Of a stretch of 31,702 nt of DNA, positions 8,194 to 16,267 are shown piece by piece; positions within the stretch are counted from its first letter, which is position 1, and each line of letters starts with the position of its first letter. Source of the stretch: an uncultured Gemmatimonadales bacterium (GTDB taxonomy: Bacteria > Gemmatimonadota > Gemmatimonadetes > Gemmatimonadales > GWC2-71-9). The position numbers and the translations under genes are program-made. The notes below the pieces were generated by a model that worked only from the letters and a program-made list of their open reading frames with translations, searched no databases and was not told the DNA's origin. The stretch covers positions 1 through 31,702 of the forward strand of contig CAWGSK010000033.1 of NCBI GenBank assembly GCA_963825055.1, given 5' to 3'.

Positions 8194-11091
8194 ATGTCAT
8201 CGTCCACCCCCACGCCTGCACAGCGCGCGGCCATCGAGGCTCCCCTCGGACCGGTCCTCGTGGTGGCCGGCCCGGGGGCGGGGAAGACGTTTTGCCTGAT
8301 CCACCGCATCGGGTACCTCGTCAACACGCTTGAGATCAGACCGGACCGGATCTGTGCCTTCACCTTTACCAACAAGGCGGCGGAGGAGATTGCCGCCCGG
8401 CTCCACGAGGCACTCGGGGATGCGGCCGATGACGTGACCCGGGGGACACTCCACTCGCTGTGCGTCGGGATCCTGCGGGAGCACGGTGACGAGGCCGGGT
8501 TGCGCCGGGGATTCGGCATTGCCGACGAGGAATACCAGCTGGTCGTTCTCCGGCGGGTTGGGGTCTACAAGGAAGGGCGCCGCCGGCAGCTGCTCAATCT
8601 CTTCAGCCAGCATCGCTTTCAGGGTGTCGTACTTGCCCCGGCGGATCGCGACGTCTTTCTCCGCTACGAGGAGTACCTTCGCAGCCGGAACATCCTCGAC
8701 TTCGACGGCCTGATCGAGCGCACCGCCGACCTGTTCCACCGCCATCCTTCGGTGCGGGACGCAGTGGCTGCCCAGTGGGATTACGTGCTGGTGGATGAGT
8801 TCCAGGACCTCGACCCGGTCCAGTACCGGATTCTCCGCGCGCTGGTCGCAGGTCACCGGAACTGCTTCGCGGTGGGTGACGACGAGCAGTCTATCTTCTC
8901 CTGGCGCGGCGCCGACCCCGAGGTGCTCCGGCGCTACGCCACGGACTTCGGGATCGACCGGCCATACGTCCTCGACCTGAACCGGCGATGCTCTTCCCAG
9001 ATCTTCGCGATGGCCCGGCAGCTGGTAACTGCGGAGCCGTCGCTCTTCGAGAAGCAGCTTCGCGCCGAGCGCCATTCCAGGCACGAGGTCACGGCGTGGC
9101 ACTTCGAGGACGAGCAGGCGGAGGCGGCCTGGTTGATCGAGGACCTGCGGCAGGATCGTGACGCCGAGCCGAGGGACTGGGGCGATTATGCCATTCTCTA
9201 CCGCAAGCACTCGGTCGGCGTGGCCCTGGAAAGCGCCCTGGTGCAGTCCGGCCTGCCCTGCCGGCTGGCCCGCGGGCGGGCGCTCAGGGACGACCCGGTG
9301 ATCGGCTTCGTGGTGGCCGCCCTGCGGGTAATGCGGTCGCCGGAGGATTCCGCCCTGGTGGAGGCGTTCGCCCGTCGGGTGCTTCCCCGTCATCTGGTGG
9401 AGAAGATCCTGCGCCAGCCAGGGCACGACGAGGATTTCCTTGCCGCCGTGCGAGCCTTCGCGAGGGCGAGCCCGTCGAGCGCGCCGGAAACGAAACAGGC
9501 CTGGCGTTTTGTCTATCACGTCCAGAACCTGGCCGGCACCTGGCAGGCCGCGTCGACGCTGCACGGACTGGTACAGGACCTCCTCTCCCAGCAGGTGGGG
9601 GAGTACCGGAATCCGCTGGACGACCGCCATGACGAACTGACCGATCCCGCCCGGTTTCCCGGCGCTCCCGACCTGGCCGGGCGGCTTTCCGCCGCCCTGC
9701 ACGGGCGGCAGCAGGTTTGGCTCCCCCCAGAACGGGGGATCGAAATCGCGCTCCGGGGAATGCTGCTCGCCGCGGGTGTGACCACGGTCGAGTACCTGAA
9801 CGCACCCGACCGCGCCCGCGAGCCCGGGCCGGGGGACCTCACGCTCGAATCGGACCCCCTCACGCTGTTCAAGGCGCTGCAACTCCTGCACAGCCGCGAC
9901 TTCGGGGAAGAGTTCGACAGCTTCGTTGCCTTCGACCTGGAAACGACCGACAAGGATACGGAGACGTGCGCCGTCGTCGAGATCGGCGCTGTTCGCGTGC
10001 GGGGGGGAGAAGTCGTGGACCGCTACCGGGCGATGGTCTGTCCGGAGCTCCCGATCCACCCGAAGGCGACCGAGGTGCACGGGTACACCTATGCCGATGT
10101 CGCCGGCGCGCCGACGTTCCAGGAGGTATGGCCCGCGTTCCGCGCATTCGTCGGTGAGGACATCCTCGTCGCGCACAACGGGCTGATGTTCGACGTGCCG
10201 GTGCTGCGCCGCATGGCCGAGGGGCTTCCCGGCGCCGAAGGGCTCGTCTTCTTCGATTCCCTCCCGCTGGCCCGGTCGCTCACCAGCGGCAGCGCCAAGC
10301 TCGTCGATCTTGCCGAGCGGTTCGGGATCGACCCGGGCCGTTCGCACCATGCCGACGACGACGCCGAGACACTCGGCCGGGTGTTCGTGGAACTGGGAAA
10401 ACAGAAAGTCGCCAGGGCCCGAAAGGCTTCGCTCGTCAACCTGATGGACTGGCTGGGCGTGGGCCTCGCGCTCGAAGATCCCCGTCCGGGGTCCGCTGAA
10501 GCGCGTACGCTGCTCGAGGTAAGCCGCGCCCGTGCCCTGGGACGGTACAGCAGCTGCCTCGAGTCATATGAAATGGAGCGCACCCGCCTCGCGGATCCGG
10601 CGGTGCCCACGGTGGACGCGCTCATTGACGCCCTCGGGGGACAGCGCCTCATGGATCGGCTCCGGCAGGAGCGGGAGCCGGAGGACCGCTACCCCGAGGC
10701 GATCGCACGGCTTCGGGGGATCATCGCCGCGAGTGAGATGGACAGCATGGAAGAATCGGTGGACCGCCTGCTGGAACATGTGGCGCTGTCCACCTCCGAC
10801 GGGGCGGAGGTGGACCGCCACCAGGTGAACCTCCTCACGCTCCACGCGACGAAGGGACTGGAGTTCTCCCGGGTGTACGTCGTGGGCGTCGAGGACTACC
10901 AGCTTCCGGGATATTACCAGACGGTGGACAACCGCCTGGGCGAGATCAGGGAGGGACGGCGCCTGCTGTATGTCGGCATGACACGGGCCATCGACCGCCT
11001 GGTTCTCACGCGCGTCGCCCGCCGGGAGGGGAAAGACGCGGGTGGCAGCCGGTTTCTCAGGGAGATGGGGATAGAGGTGACAACGCCGTGA
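8194..11091 (+). CDS. UvrD/PcrA/Rep-family SF1 helicase with an inserted DEDDh 3'-5' exonuclease domain
   Basis: Helicase motifs AGPGAGKT, FTFTNKAA, TLHSL, VDEFQD, VGDDEQSIFSWRGA, AILYR, TLHATKGLEF, RLLYVGMTRA. Exonuclease motifs FDLETT, AHNGLMFD, HHADDD. Confidence 0.92.
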   Translation: MSSSTPTPAQRAAIEAPLGPVLVVAGPGAGKTFCLIHRIGYLVNTLEIRPDRICAFTFTNKAAEEIAARLHEALGDAADDVTRGTLHSLCVGILREHGDEAGLRRGFGIADEEYQLVVLRRVGVYKEGRRRQLLNLFSQHRFQGVVLAPADRDVFLRYEEYLRSRNILDFDGLIERTADLFHRHPSVRDAVAAQWDYVLVDEFQDLDPVQYRILRALVAGHRNCFAVGDDEQSIFSWRGADPEVLRRYATDFGIDRPYVLDLNRRCSSQIFAMARQLVTAEPSLFEKQLRAERHSRHEVTAWHFEDEQAEAAWLIEDLRQDRDAEPRDWGDYAILYRKHSVGVALESALVQSGLPCRLARGRALRDDPVIGFVVAALRVMRSPEDSALVEAFARRVLPRHLVEKILRQPGHDEDFLAAVRAFARASPSSAPETKQAWRFVYHVQNLAGTWQAASTLHGLVQDLLSQQVGEYRNPLDDRHDELTDPARFPGAPDLAGRLSAALHGRQQVWLPPERGIEIALRGMLLAAGVTTVEYLNAPDRAREPGPGDLTLESDPLTLFKALQLLHSRDFGEEFDSFVAFDLETTDKDTETCAVVEIGAVRVRGGEVVDRYRAMVCPELPIHPKATEVHGYTYADVAGAPTFQEVWPAFRAFVGEDILVAHNGLMFDVPVLRRMAEGLPGAEGLVFFDSLPLARSLTSGSAKLVDLAERFGIDPGRSHHADDDAETLGRVFVELGKQKVARARKASLVNLMDWLGVGLALEDPRPGSAEARTLLEVSRARALGRYSSCLESYEMERTRLADPAVPTVDALIDALGGQRLMDRLRQEREPEDRYPEAIARLRGIIAASEMDSMEESVDRLLEHVALSTSDGAEVDRHQVNLLTLHATKGLEFSRVYVVGVEDYQLPGYYQTVDNRLGEIREGRRLLYVGMTRAIDRLVLTRVARREGKDAGGSRFLREMGIEVTTP

Positions 11092-11136
11092 GGGGTGAAA
11101 GGTGAACGCCGTTTCCGTTCACCCTTCCCCCTTGAC
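11088..11136. repeat. Inverted heptamer arrays forming a hairpin between convergent genes
   Basis: GTGAGGG GTGAAAG GTGAACG (11088-11108) versus CGTTCAC CCTTCCC CCTTGAC (11116-11136). Confidence 0.65.
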
Positions 11137-11979
11137 CCTCTCCCGTACCCAATCCTCGTATTTCCGTCCGTCCCGTCCGAGGAGTTCCCTCGTTCCGGCC
11201 CGGTCCTGGTCGGTGGCGGCGAAGCCGCGTGCCAGGAACTGGCGGTACATCGTGCAGATGTCCCGGGCGAGCCACTCGGGGAGCGCCTTGCGGAGCTGGG
11301 CGCACCAGGCCTCGATGTCGTCCCCGGTGTAGATCACTTCCCGGCCCAGGACCTCGGCCCAGGTCCGGGCGTTGTCCTCCCCCGTCCGGACCTCGGGACC
11401 GACCACATTGATGGTGCGCCCCGCAAACCCGTCACCGGTCAGGGCACGAGCCGCGCACTCGCCGATATCAGCCACGTCCACGGCGCTCAATCCGATGCGG
11501 CCCACCGGATGGGGATAGACGCCGTGCTCGCGGATGACGTCCACCAGGCGCTCGTCATTCTGGAAGAAGCTGTTGGGCCGCAGGATGGTGTACTCCATGC
11601 CGCTGGCGGCGACGGCGCGCTCGACAGGGACTTTACTGGCGAAGTGGGGGATTTCCGGGAACGCATCGGCGGCCTGAACCGACATGTAGATGAATCGCCG
11701 TACCCCGGCCTCCCTGGCGGCCGCCACACCATTCGTCCCGAGCGTCGTTTCCTGCTGGTCGAGCGGGGTCACCATGAAGACCCGCTCCACTCCTTCGAGC
11801 GGGCCGGCGAGCGAGGCCGGGTCGTCCAGGTCCCCGACCACGCCGCGCTGGCCTTCGGGGAGACTCCGGGCTTTCTGAGGATCCCGGGTCATGACCCGGA
11901 GGTCGTGCCCGCCTCCGGCGAGGCGCCGGGCGGCGGCCCTCCCCACCCTTCCCGTTCCACCGATGATCAGAATGCGCAT
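11119..11979 (-). CDS. NmrA-like / NAD(P)-binding Rossmann-fold oxidoreductase
   Basis: GGAGG Shine-Dalgarno; ILIIGGTGRVG nucleotide-binding loop, GDLDD, HFASK..VE, TILRPNSFFQN, VDVADIG. Confidence 0.9.
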   Translation of the reverse strand: MRILIIGGTGRVGRAAARRLAGGGHDLRVMTRDPQKARSLPEGQRGVVGDLDDPASLAGPLEGVERVFMVTPLDQQETTLGTNGVAAAREAGVRRFIYMSVQAADAFPEIPHFASKVPVERAVAASGMEYTILRPNSFFQNDERLVDVIREHGVYPHPVGRIGLSAVDVADIGECAARALTGDGFAGRTINVVGPEVRTGEDNARTWAEVLGREVIYTGDDIEAWCAQLRKALPEWLARDICTMYRQFLARGFAATDQDRAGTRELLGRDGRKYEDWVRERVKGEG

Positions 11980-12025
11980 GGGTCCTCCGGGCTGATTTCA
12001 AGGGATGGTAAGGGGCCTGCGGCGG

Positions 12026-12074
12026 GTGGCAAGGGGCGAGTGGTAAGTGGCAAGTGGTAAGTGGTAAATGGAGA
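12026..12074 (+). repeat. Heptamer tandem repeat GTGG(T/C)AA, about 7 copies
   Basis: GTGGCAA GGGGCGA GTGGTAA GTGGCAA GTGGTAA GTGGTAA ATGGAGA. Confidence 0.85.
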
Positions 12075-12090
12075 TGGTGCGCAGCCTGGC

Positions 12091-12146
12091 GATACCCGAT
12101 ACCCGATACCCCATACCCGATACCCCATACCCCATACCCCATACCC
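12091..12146 (+). repeat. Heptamer tandem repeat (G/C)ATACCC x8
   Basis: GATACCC x3, CATACCC, GATACCC, CATACCC x3. Confidence 0.95.
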
Positions 12147-12218
12147 CACCCTGCGACCATCCGCCCGGCTTCCGCATCTCCGGGGTAGTCAACTCACTTC
12201 CTCCACAGGGGACCTGAC

Positions 12219-13091
12219 ATGAAACGGCAACTGGTAATCGGGGCGCTCGGGATCCTGCTCGCCGCCCCGGCGACCCTCGCGGCCCAGGGGCGGATGGCGT
12301 GGTCATCCGACCGTGGTCGGATCGGGGTGATGGTGCAGATGGGGACGGATTCGGAGAAGGAAACGCGCGGCGCGCTGGTGGCTTCCGTGGTGCCGGACGG
12401 GCCCGCGGACAAGGCGGGAATCAAGGCGAATGACGTGATCACGAAGTTCAACGGCACCTCGCTCGCTGCGAGCTCCGACGACGACTCGCCGGGACGTCGG
12501 CTCGTAGAGCTGGCCCAGAAACTCAAGCCCGGCGACAAGGTGGACCTCGAATACCTCCATGCGGGCAAGAGCGCCAAGGCCACCCTGAAGGCTGACGAGG
12601 GCAACCAGATGTTCTCCTTTGTCACCCCGGGCGGGCGGGGGGAGTACCGCTTCGATGTCGGACCCATGATGGGGCGGATGGCCCCGCTGATGGAGCGGAG
12701 CCCTGACATGCCGGGCCAGTTCAGCTTCACGTTCAGCCGCGGCGGGCTCCGGCTCGAGGACATGAACAAGGGCCTTGGCGAGTACTTCGGGACCTCCGAT
12801 GGGGTGCTGGTGCTCGATGCGCCGGAGGACTCGGCGAGCCAGCTCCGCGCCGGAGATGTCATCCTGTCCATCGACGGCCGGTCACCCAACAACGCGGCCC
12901 ACGCCCACCGCATCCTCGGCAGCTATGAGCAGGGGGAGAGCGCGAAGCTGGAAATCATGCGGAAGCAGAAGAGGATGACCGTCACCTGGACGGCGCCCCG
13001 CGTCGGCGGGATGCTGCGCCGGATGCCAGCCCCGGAACGCACGAAGCTGCGGTCGACCGTGCGACCGATGCGACGGCTGGAGCGGACGTGA
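12219..13091 (+). CDS. Exported tandem PDZ-domain protein (no protease domain visible)
   Basis: Signal peptide ending LAA-Q. PDZ signatures GRIGV..GALVASVVPDGPADKAGIKANDVITKFNG and GLRL..GVLVLD..LRAGDVILSIDG. Confidence 0.85.
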   Translation: MKRQLVIGALGILLAAPATLAAQGRMAWSSDRGRIGVMVQMGTDSEKETRGALVASVVPDGPADKAGIKANDVITKFNGTSLAASSDDDSPGRRLVELAQKLKPGDKVDLEYLHAGKSAKATLKADEGNQMFSFVTPGGRGEYRFDVGPMMGRMAPLMERSPDMPGQFSFTFSRGGLRLEDMNKGLGEYFGTSDGVLVLDAPEDSASQLRAGDVILSIDGRSPNNAAHAHRILGSYEQGESAKLEIMRKQKRMTVTWTAPRVGGMLRRMPAPERTKLRSTVRPMRRLERT

Positions 13092-13180
13092 ACCGGCAGT
13101 GAGTAGTGATTAGTGATTAGTGATTCAGGGTGAGATCCCGCGCTGAAGCACTACTCACTACTCACTACTCACTGCGGTTC
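13090..13180. repeat. Long inverted repeat built from AGTGA(G/T)T heptamers; probable bidirectional terminator/RNA hairpin
   Basis: Left arm GAACCGGC-AGTGAGT-(AGTGATT)x3-CAG; right arm CTG-AAGCACT-(ACTCACT)x3-GCGGTTC. It fills the whole gap between two convergent stops. Confidence 0.9.
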
Positions 13181-14092
13181 TCAGTCCTCCACCAAGATGA
13201 GGTAGTGGCTCGGCGCCCAGAAACTCCGGGGATCGACGATGTTGATCTGGCCGGTTACCCGGCCCTTCTCGTCGGCGCCCTCGATGGCCGCGAGGTTCTG
13301 CCGGGAGACGATCTTGTAGCGCTTGTCGGGTTTCGGCAGCGGGATCGACTGGACGTCCCGGATGTCCACCTGGGTGAAGTTCTCGGTGGGGAGGGTCCGT
13401 GACGGCTGGAGGGACTTGCCGCCGAAGAAGAGGAACTTGCTGCCTTCTTCCGTCACGACGCCCATGTCCTTCAGTTCATCCTTCGAGCCGATCACGTACC
13501 AGGCCGCATTCTGCTCGTTGACCAGGCTCGACCGCTCCTGGGCGAGGACGGTGACGGTGTCGGTCAACGCCTGCTTCTGGGCGACCAGCTGCACGTTCTG
13601 GGTCTGGAGGTCCATGATCTGCTGGTTCATGCCATCCATCGTGACCTTCTGGGTGTCGATGATGGCCTGAAGTTGCGATACCGTCTTCCGGAACTGGTCA
13701 GACTCCTTGGACACCCGGGCAAGCCGGGACTGGGCGGACTTGAGCCGCTGTTCGCTCTCGTTGATGCGCTCCGTGACTTCCTTGACCCGGTCCAGCAGGT
13801 AGGTCTTGGCGTTCACCGTGTCAGGCTGGCCCGACTCGGGGTTCGTCACCGGCACGACGCCGCTCTTCAGTCCCCTGACCTTGGAGATCTCCTGGTTGAT
13901 CTCGTTCATCAACTGGGTGTTGTCGACGACGATCTGGAGGAGGCTGTCCCGCTCCGCGCTCGCCAGGGCCATCTGCTGAACCTCCTCCTTCAGCTGCGCG
14001 TTCTCTTCCTTGACCTTCTTGTCGCACCCGGTGGTCACGACGAGCGCGATGCCCAGCATGGCCCCGGTCATAATCCTGCTCCCGATCCTCAT
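13181..14092 (-). CDS. Coiled-coil lipoprotein (resembles the Cbp1-like family)
   Basis: AAGGAG Shine-Dalgarno before ATG 14092; lipobox TTG-C; long heptad-rich region; C-terminal AWYVIGSKDELKD..FTQVDIR..IVDPRSFW..SHYLIL. Confidence 0.75.
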   Translation of the reverse strand: MRIGSRIMTGAMLGIALVVTTGCDKKVKEENAQLKEEVQQMALASAERDSLLQIVVDNTQLMNEINQEISKVRGLKSGVVPVTNPESGQPDTVNAKTYLLDRVKEVTERINESEQRLKSAQSRLARVSKESDQFRKTVSQLQAIIDTQKVTMDGMNQQIMDLQTQNVQLVAQKQALTDTVTVLAQERSSLVNEQNAAWYVIGSKDELKDMGVVTEEGSKFLFFGGKSLQPSRTLPTENFTQVDIRDVQSIPLPKPDKRYKIVSRQNLAAIEGADEKGRVTGQINIVDPRSFWAPSHYLILVED

Positions 14093-14218
14093 GTACTTCT
14101 CCTTGAGCCACAATGCGAGACAGTGATCCGGTGACCGCCCAGAATCCCGACGGTACCTTCCGGCTATGGTGTACAATTTACGCCGCAGTATTGCTAGCGA
14201 CAGGGACCACTTTTGCAA

Positions 14219-14234
14219 TGTGACCCCCGTCACA
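14219..14234. promoter_or_regulatory. Consensus CRP-type box
   Basis: TGTGA-cccccg-TCACA, preceded by AA, in the divergent gap between the lipoprotein and decarboxylase genes. Confidence 0.6.
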
Positions 14235-14283
14235 GTGCTCCGAGCGGCACCTGTCCCGCGGCGGGGCTGTTTATCTTTGCGAC

Positions 14284-16251
14284 ATGTCCAACCCTCGCGA
14301 AGCCCTTCCCGCATGGTTCCTGGGCCCCCGGGCCGAGAACGCCGACCTGCTCGAACGAGTGGTCACCGAGGCCCTCCGGGACCATGTCTTCTGGCGCCGG
14401 AACTACCATCCTGAGGATGGGTTTGTCATCCGGGAGACGGACAAGCGGACCGAGGGGTACGACGAGGCGGTCGCCACCCTGACCCAGGAGCTGATGGGGC
14501 TTCTGGCCCGGCTCAAGCGGGACGTGCCCTTCTTCAGTGGTCGCTACAAGGGGCACATGAACTTCGAGCAGACCATCGCGTCGCAGGTGGGGTACTTCGC
14601 CGCGATGCTGTACAATCCCAACAACGTGTCCACGGAGGCCTCGCCCACCACCACCCGGCTCGAGTTGGAGGTGGCGGAGCAGCTCGCCGTGATGATCGGC
14701 TATCCTGCCCGCCGGAGCTGGGGGCACCTGACATCGGGTGGGACTGTCGCCAACTTCGAGGCCCTCTGGATCGCCCGCAATATCCAGTACTTCCCGCTGG
14801 CTGCCGCGGGGGCGGCGGCGGAACTTGGCGTGGACGTGGAGGTCGGGCTCCCCGACGGCTCGACCAGTTCGCTTCGCGGACTCGGACTCGCTGAACTGCT
14901 CAACATCCGGAACGACGCGGCCATGGACCTCTGGGAGCGGCTCTGGACCGTGGCGCCCCGGGAGGACATGGCTCGCGCGCTCAACGGGCACACCCTCGCA
15001 ACCGCGGGATACCAGGAATACCATCGTCGGCTGGTCGCGGCGTTCACCGACCCGCTTCCCGACAGCGTTGTCCTCGTCGCGGCTACCGCCCATTACTCCT
15101 GGGAGAAGATCGTCCGGGCGCTGGGGATCGGCTCGAACCAGCTCGTATACGTCCCGGTAGACCAGCGCTACCGGATGCATCCGGACGGCCTCTGGGACGT
15201 GCTGCAGCGGCTGGCAGGGCAGCAGGTGCCCGTGATGGGCCTGATCAGCGTATGCGGTACGACCGAAGAAAGCGCGGTGGACCGGCTGGACCTGGTGCTC
15301 GAGGTGCGGGCGCGTGCCGAGCGCGAGCTGGGGATGACGTTCCATGTGCACTCGGATGCCTGTTATGGCGGCTACGCGGCTGCCGTCACCCGCCGGGCAG
15401 ACGGCAGCCGCAGGAGGGCGGCGGAGATCCGGGCATCCACCGGAACCGACTGGCCGAGCGATGAGTGGGTGAAGGCGATCGGGGCGCTCGAGGGGGCGGA
15501 TTCCGTGACGATCGACCCGCACAAGCTCGGCTATGTGCCGTATCCAGCCGGGGCCATTCTCGTCCGGGACCGCCGGGCGCGAGAACTGGTTGCGGTGGAC
15601 CCGCCGTATCTCCTGCCCGCCGAAGACATCCGCCCGAGCGAGGAAACCTTCATCGGCCGATACATCCTCGAAGGCTCGAAGCCGGGCGCGTCCGCCGCAG
15701 CGGTCTGGCTCAGCCACAAGGTGCTGCCGCTGGATGAGCGCGGGTATGGCTACCTGATCGAGCGGACCGTGATCGGGGCCCGGAAGCTGCACGCCGCGCT
15801 CCGCAACGCACGGCTCGACCCGTTTCGCGTGATCGTACTGCCGGAGCCGGACATCAACCTCGTCTGCTACCTGGTTTATCATCCCGGGCGGCACTCGCTA
15901 GCGGGGGTAAACGCCCTGAACGAGCACATCTACCAGCAGATGAGCATGTTGCGCCCGGATGACTCGCCCGAGTACATCATCACCCGTACCCGCTTCCAGA
16001 GCCCGATGTACGACGGAGCGGTGGATCCGCTTCTCGACGACCTTGGTGTGGCCTCGGCGGAGGAGTGGCGAGCCAGCGGGGCCCAGGGGCTGGTGGTGCT
16101 GCGCTCGACGGTCATGGATCCCTACCTTTCGTCTCCCGCCCAGGACGGCCAACTTGCCGGGTTCCTGGCAGCCCTGGGCAGGGCCAGCGAGACCGCGCTG
16201 GCGGCGACCACCGCGCTCGCCACGGCGCCGCCGGCTTCAACGACCCGATAA
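14284..16251 (+). CDS. Group II PLP-dependent decarboxylase, tyrosine-decarboxylase-like
   Basis: Motifs FLGPRAEN, RYKGHM, YNPNNV..E.SP.TT, GHLTSGGTVANFEALW, HYSW.K, GTTEE.AVD, HSDACYGG, IDPHKLGYVPYPAG (PLP lysine), ILEGSKPG. Confidence 0.88.
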   Translation: MSNPREALPAWFLGPRAENADLLERVVTEALRDHVFWRRNYHPEDGFVIRETDKRTEGYDEAVATLTQELMGLLARLKRDVPFFSGRYKGHMNFEQTIASQVGYFAAMLYNPNNVSTEASPTTTRLELEVAEQLAVMIGYPARRSWGHLTSGGTVANFEALWIARNIQYFPLAAAGAAAELGVDVEVGLPDGSTSSLRGLGLAELLNIRNDAAMDLWERLWTVAPREDMARALNGHTLATAGYQEYHRRLVAAFTDPLPDSVVLVAATAHYSWEKIVRALGIGSNQLVYVPVDQRYRMHPDGLWDVLQRLAGQQVPVMGLISVCGTTEESAVDRLDLVLEVRARAERELGMTFHVHSDACYGGYAAAVTRRADGSRRRAAEIRASTGTDWPSDEWVKAIGALEGADSVTIDPHKLGYVPYPAGAILVRDRRARELVAVDPPYLLPAEDIRPSEETFIGRYILEGSKPGASAAAVWLSHKVLPLDERGYGYLIERTVIGARKLHAALRNARLDPFRVIVLPEPDINLVCYLVYHPGRHSLAGVNALNEHIYQQMSMLRPDDSPEYIITRTRFQSPMYDGAVDPLLDDLGVASAEEWRASGAQGLVVLRSTVMDPYLSSPAQDGQLAGFLAALGRASETALAATTALATAPPASTTR

Positions 16252-16267
16252 CCTCGAGGAGAAGTGC

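Noticed and set aside
8197..10350. 717-aa minus-strand ORF
   Set aside because: Antisense shadow of the helicase-exonuclease gene.
9919..10395. Insertion in the helicase considered as an intein or mobile element
   Set aside because: No intein terminal motifs or homing-endonuclease signature are visible. It is a DEDDh exonuclease domain.
8194..11979. Helicase-nuclease considered as an anti-phage defence system
   Set aside because: There are no partner defence genes, mobility genes or obvious compositional shift; the neighbours are ordinary envelope and metabolic genes.
12026..12146. Repeat arrays considered as a CRISPR array or as small repetitive ORFs (MGYGVWG...)
   Set aside because: The units are 7 bp with no unique spacers and no cas genes nearby. 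The ORFs are translations of the repeats.
14230..15894. 554-aa minus-strand ORF (similar cases at 18814-19974, 24615-25823 and 27645-29048)
   Set aside because: All lie opposite genes with clear family motifs and show none of their own.
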